Shown piece after piece: positions 42,104 through 53,121 of a stretch of DNA of 64,000 bases; position 1 is the stretch's first letter; every line of letters begins with the position of its first letter. Source of the DNA: Nitrospirota bacterium (GTDB taxonomy: Bacteria; Nitrospirota; UBA9217); contig CAVTRN010000001.1 in assembly GCA_963737155.1 (NCBI GenBank), positions 1,472,001 to 1,536,000 of the forward strand. Direction: 5' to 3'. The notes under the pieces were generated by a model. The model did no database searches and was not told where the DNA came from. It saw only the letters and a list, made by a program, of their open reading frames with translations. A program made the position numbers and the translations under genes.

Positions 42104-42664
42104 ATGAAAAACAGTATACTGATCATAATATCGGTAATAGTACCCTTATTTCTGTCCTCACATGTTTATGCAATTTACCAGTGGGTCGATGAAAAAGGCC
42201 AAGTTCATATTAGTGATTATCCGAAGCCGACATATGAGCAAAATAATACGGAGAAAACCTTGAAGGGTGAAAGGTCTCAGTTGACAACGACTGTCAGTAA
42301 TGAAAATGCTATACAACGCATGGATTTAGGATCAACCCAACCCTCAACGGGAATAATCAGCCGGCCTCAATTCGATCAGACAGGTATACAACGATCTCTA
42401 GCTAGTTTGGGCGAGCAAATATTATCATTTGTATTCCTTGGATTCTGTCTGTTCGTTGCTTGGATATTTGCCTTGATCGATATAATCCGTAGTAAATTTT
42501 ATGACAATACTAATAAGATTCTATGGTTTTTCTTTGTCTTTTTGCTTGCACCAATTGGAGTTATACTATATTTTCTCATAGGCAGACAACAAAAAATAGA
42601 AGTAGCGTCAAATAGGGATACCGAAATGCCCCGCAGAAGACCGCGAAATTTAGATTTGGAATAG
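42104..42664 (+). CDS. DUF4124 plus PLDc_N membrane protein
   Basis: IYQWVDEKGQVHISDYP. WIFALIDII...KILW...PIGVILYFLIGR. Confidence 0.8.
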   Translation: MKNSILIIISVIVPLFLSSHVYAIYQWVDEKGQVHISDYPKPTYEQNNTEKTLKGERSQLTTTVSNENAIQRMDLGSTQPSTGIISRPQFDQTGIQRSLASLGEQILSFVFLGFCLFVAWIFALIDIIRSKFYDNTNKILWFFFVFLLAPIGVILYFLIGRQQKIEVASNRDTEMPRRRPRNLDLE

Positions 42665-42914
42665 GTACAAATGCATGGCGTATTCTTGACGAAATGAAGT
42701 ATTCTAAATGATGCTAACTGCAAATACGAATGTCCTAAAAAATCCAAAAGGGACAAAAATTGTAAAATAATCAAAATTAAATGAAATAGAAATGACCTCT
42801 TGATTATGAAAGTCAACGGGAATCCAAGCACAAATCTAAAGGTTTGATTATTAAATAGAGAAGTCGATATTGCATTAAGAATATGTCCAAATATGCCATC
42901 AAAGGAGAATACAT

Positions 42915-43286
42915 ATGGGACTATTATCAACTGATAGCAAGCCGACCGGCATCTCTCTGCAAAACGCCTATACTGCTATTCGCACATGGTATCAACACAA
43001 CATCGCTGTTGCTCAGGCTCGCGGTGACATCTATGGCCAGGCTTCTGTAGCACTAATTAAGGCACTACCGATAGCCTCCACTCTATCTGATATTGAGATT
43101 ATCGCCGTGCTTCGCGAGGTCATTCTCGGTTACCTTGAATGGGCATATCACCAGAGTGACGGTCAGTACAAAATGGCCGCATATGCACATGCCGCTTTGG
43201 AAACAATCGGGCGTTCCTATTCACTTACACCAGAAGAAACGCAAAAGCTACAATCAAGCGTTCTATGGCCTTTCATAAAACGATGA
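42915..43286 (+). CDS. Hypothetical protein
   Basis: AAAGGAG RBS, 123 aa. Confidence 0.6.
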   Translation: MGLLSTDSKPTGISLQNAYTAIRTWYQHNIAVAQARGDIYGQASVALIKALPIASTLSDIEIIAVLREVILGYLEWAYHQSDGQYKMAAYAHAALETIGRSYSLTPEETQKLQSSVLWPFIKR

Positions 43287-44065
43287 TATGTCCTGAGCTC
43301 GGCAGCGGGCGAATTTATTTGAATCATCCATAAACATGTGGCCGCTGCTGTTTGTAATCATACTATCGGCATTTTCAGAGGAAACGGTGCCGAACATCAA
43401 ATAACTTTGAGGGGAAGCGCAGCGCCTTTCATTTGATTCAGGAAATTAACTCCATTATAGGCAGTAAAGCCCTATCGCCTCTGCAAAGATTTAATAGCTT
43501 CATTACTTGCTTTTTGTGCTAAACTGTGGGTCACTTCATTGAGCTTGACAAATATGTCAAGGATAACTGATTATTCGGTATTTTATGACGATCACAGCGA
43601 TAGCCAGCTTCGATTATTTTGACACCGAAGCTTTTTTTAGCGAGGTACAACTTCGCCAGTCAAACTATTTGTCTTATATGATGACTGTAGTAGAACTGTA
43701 GTCTCCCCATCAATCCTGTCAATTTTTGATATTCCGATGTAGCGCACCCGGTACACTGGACATAAGATAACAGTAAAGCTGCGATCTTCAATCGATATTC
43801 ATTGGCAGTACATTCTCTCAAAATGCTTTTTAAATAATCAATCGTTATCTTTGTCAGCCCTCGCGACACTGCTGTTGCGCTCGGGATATTTCCTATTTCA
43901 ATCACTATCTGTATATAGAAGCTCTCTTGTCAGCGTAAAACAGAAGAGATGCCATCTAAATAATTATATATGTCCGCCCCATCCATATCCTGATCTAATC
44001 GGCATCTTGTTGATTCCCGTCAAGACGTAATCTGCCTTCTTCAATAAAAATATGCAAACAAAGAT

Positions 44066-44131
44066 CTGGGGATTATTTAGTATAAAACTAGGGTTTCCCC
44101 GGTTGACATAAATGGGAAACGATGAAAAACT
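44066..44131 (+). promoter_or_regulatory. Regulon box H with promoter upstream of the PPC/FlgD-RHS2 cluster
   Basis: CTGGGGATTATTTAGTATAAAACTAGGGTTTCCCCGG-TTGACA. Confidence 0.7.
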
Positions 44132-44470
44132 CTAATATAAAAAACGAATTACTAAGTAGCCGGAAGTCTATCTGTTAATTTATGCATAAGCTGATTTAGA
44201 GTTATTCGTAATAACAGCTTATCGCTAACACAATGAAGAGGACCCTCTCCGACCTGACAATTATGCCATACCAACAGACAATATCTACCTACAATGAGAG
44301 GCCAGAAGGGGAGATCTGCCAATTTAAATGCAATCTTACTTAATGTGATACAGTTCGGACGACAAGGGACGTTAACAGCACTGCTGGCTCTATGTCTTAA
44401 CGAGACTAAGTCTCGATTTTCTATAGTTACATCCGTGATGATAAAGCCCTTATCCCTCGAGGTGTCAAAA

Positions 44471-47065
44471 ATGGCGATTAAGATTAAACCGTATCTTTCA
44501 TTATCCTGTTTTCTTTTTATCTTAATATCACTAATCCCTCTTACCACCCATGCGGCCACACCGTTGTCCTGCGGCCAGGTGGTGTCCACTACGACAATTT
44601 CATCTGGGGAGATTGACAATTACGCCTTTTCGGGGACTGCGGGAGACACGGTGCGGATAGTGGCGGTACCTGTTTCCGGGAACCTCACCTACGGGGCAGT
44701 CGCACTCTATGACCCGTCTGGTAATTTTATAACCTGGTCGAACTCTGGGCCCATTCAGACAGCGCTAACCGTGAGTGGAGTTTACACGCTCGAGGTGTAC
44801 ACAGAATTTTACAACGGGATCGGCACATACCAGGTAAGATGGGACAATCTCAATAGCCCGTGTGAGGGTGAAGTCACCCTGCTATGCGGGCAAACCGCAG
44901 TCGGTACGACATCCTCATATGTGCAGGAAGACTACTACACCTTCACGGCGGCTGGGGGAGACACGGTGCGGGTGGGGGCGGCACCTGTTTCCGGGAGTTC
45001 TTCATTCTATCCAGGCGTGGTGCTTTATGACCCCTCGGGTACGGTGATAGCTACCACGACCGGTGAGCCCATTCAAACAGCGCTAACTACAACCGGAAAT
45101 TATACGCTCAGGGTGTACGGTGACAATTACAACGGGGACGGCACCTACCAGATAAGATGGAACAACCTCAAGAATCCTTGCGGGGGAAACATCCTGCCAT
45201 GCGGGCTGGCTACGTCCGGTACGATAACCTCATATGTGCAGGAAGACTACTACACCTTCACGGCGTCTGCGGGAGACATAGAGCGGATAGTGGCGGCACC
45301 TATTCCCGGGAGTTCTTCATTCTATCCGGGCGTGGTGCTCTATGACCCCTCGGGTGCGGTGTTAGCCGGGTCGACCAACGGGCCCATTCAAACAGCACTA
45401 ACTTCAACCGGAAATTATACGCTCATAGTGTACGCTGACTATTACGAAGGAACCGGAAGCTACAATCTTTCAGAGGAGAAATTAAATAATCCCTGTAATT
45501 CTGTAGCTATGAATTGTGGACAGAGCCTGTCGGGATCGATAGTTAATCCACTCGATGCGTTTTTTTATAGTTTTACAGCCAATGCGGGTGATGCATTAGT
45601 GTTCACAATGATGACGACCTCCGGGAACCTCACTCCCGGACTTCAGCTTTTCGACTCCTCTGGGAATATAATAGCTGAAAATTATAACCTCACAACGGGC
45701 GGGACTGTAACGCTGAATTCTACTGTCTCCCAGGCAGGCACTTATTTCATCGCCGCCTCAGATTATAATTATAATGCGGTTGGCAATTATACGATCAATT
45801 TCCAGAAGAACGGCAATTCCTGCCCCGAGGTGCAAGTGCTGTCTCCTAATGGAGGGGACACTCTATATGCGGGATCTCCCTATCTCATCACATGGACCAC
45901 CTCGGCTAGTGCTGGCCTGGCATCCGAGGGCATTAGTTTATCGGTAGACAGTGGGGCCACGTATTCGACAATTGCTCAGGGTTTGCCAGGCAACACCACT
46001 TCATGGCAGTGGACGCCAAGTAGCACAACCTCAAACGGACGCATCCGGATATCCGTGACCGACAATGCGGGACTCACCGATTTTGACAATAGTGCTGCCG
46101 ATTTTACGATACTTTCCATGGTGACGGCTCCGGCAAGCACGGCCAACGTAACGCTGTCCAATGTCAGCGCGAGCAGCAACTCAATCAACACGATGGCTTC
46201 GCAGTCATCCAGCATATTCTTTACCCTCAATGAGCCAGCCACGGCAACGCTCATGATAATACCTCAAATGCAGGGTCCGACGGGGACCCCGATTTATCAG
46301 ACATCTCAGACCTGCGCTGCGGCCGGGTCGTATGCCTTCACTTGGAATGGGACGGACAACACGGGCAAGGTCGTCCCTGACGAGGCGTACCTTTATGTCA
46401 TAGTGGCATCAGACGGCACAACGTCCACTAGTTATTCCCCGCTTGCCTCGACAGGCACAGGCACGGGAACTTGCTCGCAGTCGTCGAATTGCGATCCTTT
46501 GAGCAATAACCCCTTGACGGTCACCTACTCGGTGGCACTGTCCTCCCGGGTGACCATCAGTATCACCTGGGGGGCGCAGAACTTCACAATTCTGAATGCC
46601 TACCCAGTATTGCCGGGGACCTATAGCTATGTTTGGGATGTCAGGAACCCGAGCGGCGAACCACTCGATTTCGGCGCACTAGCCTACTGCTCAGCGTCTC
46701 TTCTCCCTGGGAACATTATAATAACGTCCGGAGACACGCCCGTGGTAAGTGCGCTCAAAACCGATCCTTTTGCGATGAATATGTCCTATGGCCAGTTTAC
46801 GAGGATAGAGTACACGCTCTCGCGAGACTCGAATGTCACCATACAGCTTGTCTCGCCGTCCGGAGTGGCCATGACTCTCGTCAATAACCAGCTTCAAACG
46901 GCGGGTCATCAAGAGTTCGACTGGCATGGTATGGATCCGACGGATACGACTGGAAAGGAAGCTTTGGTATCCGAGGAGGGTAATTATATGGTCACGATTC
47001 AGGCCGTGAACCCGATTACCGGGACAAGTTCTACCACAAGAGGAAATTTGGCGATCGGAGATTGA
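44471..47065 (+). CDS. Secreted beta-sandwich protein: four PPC-like repeats, an Ig-like domain and FlgD-Ig-like C-terminal domains
   Basis: GAGGTG RBS, signal peptide. Repeats D-YY-TF-TA-xxGD-x-V...LYDPSG...G-x-Y-TL. SPNGG..ITW. FTWNGTDNTGKVVPDEAYLY and FDWHGMD...EEGNY. Confidence 0.82.
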   Translation: MAIKIKPYLSLSCFLFILISLIPLTTHAATPLSCGQVVSTTTISSGEIDNYAFSGTAGDTVRIVAVPVSGNLTYGAVALYDPSGNFITWSNSGPIQTALTVSGVYTLEVYTEFYNGIGTYQVRWDNLNSPCEGEVTLLCGQTAVGTTSSYVQEDYYTFTAAGGDTVRVGAAPVSGSSSFYPGVVLYDPSGTVIATTTGEPIQTALTTTGNYTLRVYGDNYNGDGTYQIRWNNLKNPCGGNILPCGLATSGTITSYVQEDYYTFTASAGDIERIVAAPIPGSSSFYPGVVLYDPSGAVLAGSTNGPIQTALTSTGNYTLIVYADYYEGTGSYNLSEEKLNNPCNSVAMNCGQSLSGSIVNPLDAFFYSFTANAGDALVFTMMTTSGNLTPGLQLFDSSGNIIAENYNLTTGGTVTLNSTVSQAGTYFIAASDYNYNAVGNYTINFQKNGNSCPEVQVLSPNGGDTLYAGSPYLITWTTSASAGLASEGISLSVDSGATYSTIAQGLPGNTTSWQWTPSSTTSNGRIRISVTDNAGLTDFDNSAADFTILSMVTAPASTANVTLSNVSASSNSINTMASQSSSIFFTLNEPATATLMIIPQMQGPTGTPIYQTSQTCAAAGSYAFTWNGTDNTGKVVPDEAYLYVIVASDGTTSTSYSPLASTGTGTGTCSQSSNCDPLSNNPLTVTYSVALSSRVTISITWGAQNFTILNAYPVLPGTYSYVWDVRNPSGEPLDFGALAYCSASLLPGNIIITSGDTPVVSALKTDPFAMNMSYGQFTRIEYTLSRDSNVTIQLVSPSGVAMTLVNNQLQTAGHQEFDWHGMDPTDTTGKEALVSEEGNYMVTIQAVNPITGTSSTTRGNLAIGD

Positions 47066-47323
47066 GGGTCACTAAATATGACCGTCTTTGTTCCAATTAA
47101 ACTTCATTAATCAAGAATTCTAATTTCACATCAAGTTATTGATTACATAAAAAAAGGCAAAATGTTTTTCACCAAAGGTAAGGATGGCAAATAAATTCAG
47201 GCGCTATCTTTTTACCCTTTTGCGTATTTTAGGAGATTTGCAAGAGACTCCCAGGCTTAAAGTCAATACATGCCTTGTAGACTTTGAGGCAGTGTTTTGG
47301 AAAGCGCACGAGCGGAGGTTCAT

Positions 47324-47791
47324 ATGATGCACAGGATAAAGGATATGCTTTGTTTGTTCATGACTGAATTTCCCCACAAAAAAAATGTACCTTTTATGCT
47401 CTTGATGTTGCTCTACATGTATAGTCCGCTTAAATTAGCATACGCAAATTGCAATTATATGTTTGTAAGCGAAGACTTATGTTTAATTGATGTGGGTTGC
47501 ACTACCAAAAAGGAAGCTAAGGACGTAGCGATACATTTCGGCAAGCCTCCTATTCCTAGTACAATTTATCCTAATTGTTTTAACCATCTTAATACGCCCC
47601 TACCTTGCGGAACGTATACAATTTGTTGGAGTTGCCCCGGGTACTCTTGGTGCCCTACCCCTGACGTACCAGTTGTACGGCAGTGCAGCGCTGGAGATCT
47701 CTGTTGTCTAAAACCCGATGACCCCTGCTGCAAAAAAGCGGGCGGTACAGGGAGCAGCAGCAATGTACCTAACGCTGTCGTCGGTAATTAA
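47324..47791 (+). CDS. Secreted Cys-rich protein, array copy 1
   Basis: GGAGG RBS. Conserved leader (MMHRIKDML...AYA|), variable Cys-rich core, conserved CCLKPDDPCC tail. Confidence 0.85.
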   Translation: MMHRIKDMLCLFMTEFPHKKNVPFMLLMLLYMYSPLKLAYANCNYMFVSEDLCLIDVGCTTKKEAKDVAIHFGKPPIPSTIYPNCFNHLNTPLPCGTYTICWSCPGYSWCPTPDVPVVRQCSAGDLCCLKPDDPCCKKAGGTGSSSNVPNAVVGN

Positions 47792-47845
47792 TAAGGAGAG
47801 TGAATATGGCAAAAGGGCGATTGAGGTTGCAAGTATAGGGTTCGC

Positions 47846-48337
47846 ATGATGCACAGGATAAAAAATATGCTTAGCTTATTCATGACTGAATTTCTCCACA
47901 AAAAAAACGTCCTTTACCTGCTCTTGATGTCGCTTTGCATGTTTACTCCGCTTAAATCAGCTTATGCAGTTTGCGATGGTGGAAGTGAATGCACATGGCA
48001 ACTTTGCACAACCGAAGCGGAAGCTCGAGATTGGCTTACTGGTTGTCCTCCCCTAGCCCCAATACCTTGGCTCCCGGGATCGAATTGCTACTGGATAACT
48101 TGTGGTTCGAATCCGTCAATGCCGCATCCCTGCCTGCTTATGGATGGGGTGAATGTTCAAGGTTCGATTTGTTGGACTTGCCCCGGGGCCGGCTGGTGCC
48201 CTCCCCCTGCAGTAAAAGTCGTGCCGCAGTGCAGCGCTGGTGATTACTGTTGTCTAAAGCCCGATGACCCCTGCTGCCAAGTTGCGGGCAGTACAGGGAG
48301 TGGCAGCAATGTAACTAACGCTGTCAGCGGTCATTAA
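47846..48337 (+). CDS. Secreted Cys-rich protein, array copy 2
   Basis: Same leader and tail as copy 1, different core. Confidence 0.85.
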   Translation: MMHRIKNMLSLFMTEFLHKKNVLYLLLMSLCMFTPLKSAYAVCDGGSECTWQLCTTEAEARDWLTGCPPLAPIPWLPGSNCYWITCGSNPSMPHPCLLMDGVNVQGSICWTCPGAGWCPPPAVKVVPQCSAGDYCCLKPDDPCCQVAGSTGSGSNVTNAVSGH

Positions 48338-48585
48338 TGACCAGAGTGAATATGGCAACGGGGCGATTGATGTTGCAAGTCTCGAAACGATAGTCTTTAA
48401 ATTTTCTCTGCGTAAATTGATCATGCGAATTCTATAAGGTGATAAATAAATACAGGCGCTAGCTTTTTACCCTTTTTGAGTATTTTAGGAGATTTGAAGG
48501 ATACTCCCAGGTTTAAAGTCAGTCAATACACGCCTTGTGGACTAGAGATAGTGTTTCTGAAAGTGTACAAGCGGAGGTTCACACG

Positions 48586-49056
48586 ATGCACAGGATAAAA
48601 GACATGCTTAGTTTGTTCATGTCTGAAATTCTCCAGAAAAAAAATGTCCTTTTGCTGATCTTGCTGATGGTTTACATGTATTATCTGCTTAAATCCGCCT
48701 ATGCAGATTGCGCTGGTACGTATGGATTTCAATCATGCGAAACCGAGGCAGAAGGTCTTAATTGGAATTCAGTTTATGCTTGTGGTAATGGCGGCTTATA
48801 CCATATCCCATGGCTCCCGGAGTCGAATTGTTATTGGATGACTTGTACCCCGCTGACACCCATAGGCGATGCCGGATGCCTACCTTTCAGTGGGGTGTTT
48901 GTTTGTGGCACGATATGTTGGAATTACAACGGCCCTCTCAATATGAAGTGCAGCTCTGGAGATCCCTGTTGTCTAAAGCCCGATGACCCCTGCTGCCAAG
49001 TTGCGGGCAGTACAGGGAGCGGCAGCAATGTACCTAACGCTGTCATCGGTCATTAA
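48586..49056 (+). CDS. Secreted Cys-rich protein, array copy 3
   Basis: GGAGG RBS. Same leader and tail, different core. Confidence 0.85.
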   Translation: MHRIKDMLSLFMSEILQKKNVLLLILLMVYMYYLLKSAYADCAGTYGFQSCETEAEGLNWNSVYACGNGGLYHIPWLPESNCYWMTCTPLTPIGDAGCLPFSGVFVCGTICWNYNGPLNMKCSSGDPCCLKPDDPCCQVAGSTGSGSNVPNAVIGH

Positions 49057-49197
49057 TGACGAGAGTGAATATTGCAACAGGGCGATTGATGTTGCAAGTC
49101 TCGAAGCGATAGCCTTTAAATACTTTCTGCGTAAATAACCATGCGAATATTATCCAGATATCGGGGTATTAATCTTTTAAGTTGCCAGGAGGTACTA

Positions 49198-52100
49198 ATG
49201 TGCCGATCAATGTATATGTTGTTGCTCCTCATGCTTGTAATCCCGCTTTCATCTCCCGCATACGCAGAGCATCTGGCTCCTGCCGATCAGTTTTGCGCAC
49301 CGGTGACCGGGAGCGGCAGCGATAGCAAACTCTTTTATGGCGGCAAACCCGTAAGTCTGCTCTCGGGCGTTGAGTATTTTAGGCGGACCGACCTTACCAT
49401 CGGCAGCCTTTTCCCCATCACCGTCACACGCCAGTACGACAGCAGTTCCGCCTACGATAGTCCGCTCGGCTACGGGTGGGCGCTGGACTATGACAAACGC
49501 CTTTATACCTACCCGGACGGCTCCATCGTACTACGCAAGGACTGCGGCGGGAAATCTCGCTTTACCTGGAACGTGTCGGGATACAGCAGCTCTGCGGGAG
49601 ACCCGAGCACCCTCGTTCAAAATGCTGACGGCACCTATACTTACACCGACAAATATGGACAAAGCGAAAATTATGATGCTCAGGGGCGGCTTACGAGTAA
49701 GGTGGATACGAAGGGCAATTCGCTCGTGTTTACCTATGAAAGCAGCATATTGAGCTCGCTCTGGGGGCTGTCGCCCTGGAACATCAATCAGTCAACCCCC
49801 CTTATTGTTGCATATGATTACCAATTGGTCAAAATCGAAGAGGATGCTGCCACAGGCTCACCCACCGGTGTTTCTGTTACGTTCTCCTATGACACCTCAA
49901 CGAACAGGCTCATTGGCGTCATGGACAGCGCTGGCCGGTCAATCACCTACAGCCACGACAACATAGGAAATCTGATCGGGGTAAGTAACCCCTCGGGGAA
50001 TATATCCTATGGGTATAACGATTCAACCAACAATCACCTCCTTACGGACATTGACGAGGGCCAGGGTGCGTACACCAATACATATGACACTTATGGCAGG
50101 GTCATCTGGCAGACCCACGGCACGGGTGCAATAGAATTTGCGTATACCATCCCGTCTTCAGCGACTACGATCACCACTTACATTGCAGACAACTCAGGTA
50201 ATCTCCTGAACGCCCAGGGCCGGACAGTAAATTTCGACAGTAATGGAGCCCTGATCATGGCTACTGATACCTTCGGGAATGTCACAACCTACACGCGTGA
50301 CGCTAACTCGTGGATCACGCAGGAGGGATACTGGGAGAATACCGGCACGGTGTCAACACCGAATCTCGTGCTCACGACGGCAATGAGTTACACTTACGAC
50401 ACTAAAGGCAACATGCTCAGCAAAACCGAGGCATTGGGGACAGCACAACAAAAGACCACCACCTACACCTATCATCCCACATTCAGCTTCGTGACGTCCG
50501 AAACGGTAACAAGTGTGGTTGATCCGAGCCAAAACAAGGTCATCACGAAAAATTATGACAATACAAACGGGAATCTTTTGTCAGTCGCGGAAACCGGTCT
50601 CTTAGGAAACGGGACCCCGTATTCCTATACCACGACCTACGGGTATGACGGCTTGGGCCACGTGACCAGCATCAGCGGCCCACGGACCGATGTTGATGAG
50701 GTGACAACATATACTTACGATCCCGTAACTTATTATCGTACATCCATGACCCAGCCGATAGTCGGGACGACCACCTATTCTAACTTTGACCCCCTCGGCA
50801 ATCCCCAGACCGTCACTGACCCGAATGGGAACAGCACGACCTACACCTACGATGCCACGGGCAGGGTGCTGACCGTAAAAGCTCCTGGTGATTCGAACCC
50901 GACGCAGTTATTTTATGTCTCCGGCGGTTGTTCCTCATGCGGCGGGGGGACGGCACTCAATATTGATCATATAACGCTACCCTCAGGCAATACGATCTGG
51001 TATACTTATGACGCCATGGGAAACCTTGCCACGATCAAGGACAGCCTGAACAACAGCATCAACTATACCTATGACTCCGCAGGGAACAAGCTAACAGAAC
51101 AGATCAACGATGCATCCGGAGCCCTCCAGAAGAGTTTAAGTTATCAGTATGATGCGCTTAACCGGCTTTACCAGACCGTCAATCCCGACACCACGTACAC
51201 GCAGTATGGCTACGATAATCTCAACAACCGCACATCGGCCCAGAACCCGAAATTGGCAATTACGAATTATACATACGATGCCCTGAGCAGACTCACTTCG
51301 GTGGTTCAGCCCGGCACGATCACAACTGCTTACGGCTATAATGCGAACAACAACCTCACGTCTGTTACGGACGCCAACAGCAATACGACGACGTACAAGT
51401 ACGACGATAAAGGAAGGGTCTATCAAGTCATATCGCCCGATACGGGAACGACAACATACTCGTATGATCCGGCAGGAAACCTTATCGCCAAGACGGATGC
51501 GAAAGGAGTCACCATCTCCTATACCTATGATGCTCTGAACCGCCTTACCAATATCAACTTCCCGAGTGACCCAAACATCGTGTATACGTATGATACGTGC
51601 CCGAACGGCAAGGGCAGACTGTGCTCCATGACCGATGCCAGCGGTTCGACAAATTATGTCTACACGCCGAAAGGGCAGGTCAGCACACAAACAAACGTCA
51701 TCAACAGCATACAGTACGTTACCCAGTACACTTACGATCAGGACGGAAACGTTGCTACAATGACCTATCCGTCGGGCCGCGTGATTACGTACGACTACAC
51801 GAACGATCGAGCTGTAAGCGTCCTGAACAACTCTGCGAATCTTGCCACAAACATCACTTACAAACCCTTTGGCGGTATGAGCGCGATAACCTATGGAAAT
51901 GGCCTGACCGGTTCGGTTTCTTACGACAACCAATATCGCATCACGGCTATCACCGATGGCGCTGTCATGAATCTGAGTTACCCAAATTATGACGCGGACG
52001 GCAATATCAATGCCATCACCAACGTGCTCGACGCCACAAAGAACAAGTCTTACGGCTACGATGCATTAGACCGGCTGAACAGCGCGACGGGCTCCTGGGG

Positions 52101-53109
52101 CAGCGTTAGCTGGACTTATGATGGCGCCGGCAATCGGCTCACGGAAGGATCAAATAGCTATACTTACGCTCCGAACACCAATAAATTAACGGGCGCCAAC
52201 GGAATATCCTATGGATATGATAACGACGGAAACACTACCTCGCAGGGCGCGATTCAGTACATCTACAATCAGAATCAGAGGCTCATTCAGGCAAATAATG
52301 GCGGAACGACAGCGTATTACACCTATAACGGAAACGGCCAGCGAGTCATGAAGGACGTAAATGGAACCACGACGATATTCATTTACAGCCTGACCGGCCA
52401 GATCATTGCCGAATCGAACAGCGCTGGAAATATCACTGTGGAATATGTATACTTGAACAGGCAACCGCTGGCGCAGATCGTAAACGGCAATACGTACTAT
52501 TACCACCCCGATCATCTCGGCACCCCGCACAAGATGACGGACGCAACCGGCACCGTCGTTTGGTCTGCATACTATAAACCCTTCGGTGCAGCGAGCGTCA
52601 CTGTATCTACGATCACGAACAATCTGCGATTACCGGGGCAGTACTTCGATGCGGAGACGGGGCTGAATTATAACTACTATAGAGACTATAGTTCAGTCAT
52701 CGGAAGATATCTCGAGTCAGACCCTTTGATGTTGCCATTTCTTCATAACCGTAGCGTCCGTTTTGTCCTCCCATATTTAACAACAACTCCAGGCCATCTT
52801 CACGATTATCTCTACGTGGAAAATAATCCCATACATTGGGTTGACTCAAAAGGATTATTACAGAGTTCAGGATCAGGGCCATCCGGTTATCCTGGTAATG
52901 AGGGAGCGGCGTGTAATCTTAACAATGCTTCTAGTCTCATCTATGGCCACTTTAATATGGGTGCCGAATATGCGTATACTCCCGTACAATGTTGTGAAGA
53001 AGAAAACTGCAATCCAACTTGCCCGTCAGATAAGGGTCCGTGGCTAACTAAACCAAATTCCGATAAATGTGTATGCGTTAAATGGAAGACTATCATGAAG
53101 GAATATTGA
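49198..53109 (+). CDS. Sec-secreted RHS/YD-repeat protein (RHS2) with a Cys-rich C-terminal cargo
   Basis: AGGAGG RBS, signal peptide (AYA|), GKPVSLLSG/RQYDS/LGYGW (DUF6531-like), YD repeats, HPDHLGTP, PGQYFD, NNPIHWVDSKGL. Confidence 0.94.
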   Translation: MCRSMYMLLLLMLVIPLSSPAYAEHLAPADQFCAPVTGSGSDSKLFYGGKPVSLLSGVEYFRRTDLTIGSLFPITVTRQYDSSSAYDSPLGYGWALDYDKRLYTYPDGSIVLRKDCGGKSRFTWNVSGYSSSAGDPSTLVQNADGTYTYTDKYGQSENYDAQGRLTSKVDTKGNSLVFTYESSILSSLWGLSPWNINQSTPLIVAYDYQLVKIEEDAATGSPTGVSVTFSYDTSTNRLIGVMDSAGRSITYSHDNIGNLIGVSNPSGNISYGYNDSTNNHLLTDIDEGQGAYTNTYDTYGRVIWQTHGTGAIEFAYTIPSSATTITTYIADNSGNLLNAQGRTVNFDSNGALIMATDTFGNVTTYTRDANSWITQEGYWENTGTVSTPNLVLTTAMSYTYDTKGNMLSKTEALGTAQQKTTTYTYHPTFSFVTSETVTSVVDPSQNKVITKNYDNTNGNLLSVAETGLLGNGTPYSYTTTYGYDGLGHVTSISGPRTDVDEVTTYTYDPVTYYRTSMTQPIVGTTTYSNFDPLGNPQTVTDPNGNSTTYTYDATGRVLTVKAPGDSNPTQLFYVSGGCSSCGGGTALNIDHITLPSGNTIWYTYDAMGNLATIKDSLNNSINYTYDSAGNKLTEQINDASGALQKSLSYQYDALNRLYQTVNPDTTYTQYGYDNLNNRTSAQNPKLAITNYTYDALSRLTSVVQPGTITTAYGYNANNNLTSVTDANSNTTTYKYDDKGRVYQVISPDTGTTTYSYDPAGNLIAKTDAKGVTISYTYDALNRLTNINFPSDPNIVYTYDTCPNGKGRLCSMTDASGSTNYVYTPKGQVSTQTNVINSIQYVTQYTYDQDGNVATMTYPSGRVITYDYTNDRAVSVLNNSANLATNITYKPFGGMSAITYGNGLTGSVSYDNQYRITAITDGAVMNLSYPNYDADGNINAITNVLDATKNKSYGYDALDRLNSATGSWGSVSWTYDGAGNRLTEGSNSYTYAPNTNKLTGANGISYGYDNDGNTTSQGAIQYIYNQNQRLIQANNGGTTAYYTYNGNGQRVMKDVNGTTTIFIYSLTGQIIAESNSAGNITVEYVYLNRQPLAQIVNGNTYYYHPDHLGTPHKMTDATGTVVWSAYYKPFGAASVTVSTITNNLRLPGQYFDAETGLNYNYYRDYSSVIGRYLESDPLMLPFLHNRSVRFVLPYLTTTPGHLHDYLYVENNPIHWVDSKGLLQSSGSGPSGYPGNEGAACNLNNASSLIYGHFNMGAEYAYTPVQCCEEENCNPTCPSDKGPWLTKPNSDKCVCVKWKTIMKEY

Positions 53110-53121
53110 TAAAGGGATGAT

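Noticed and set aside
47324-49056. Cys-rich array as substrates of the rSAM maturase
   Set aside because: They carry Sec signal peptides, are over 150 aa and lack the GVE leader. Disulfide-bonded secreted proteins are more likely.
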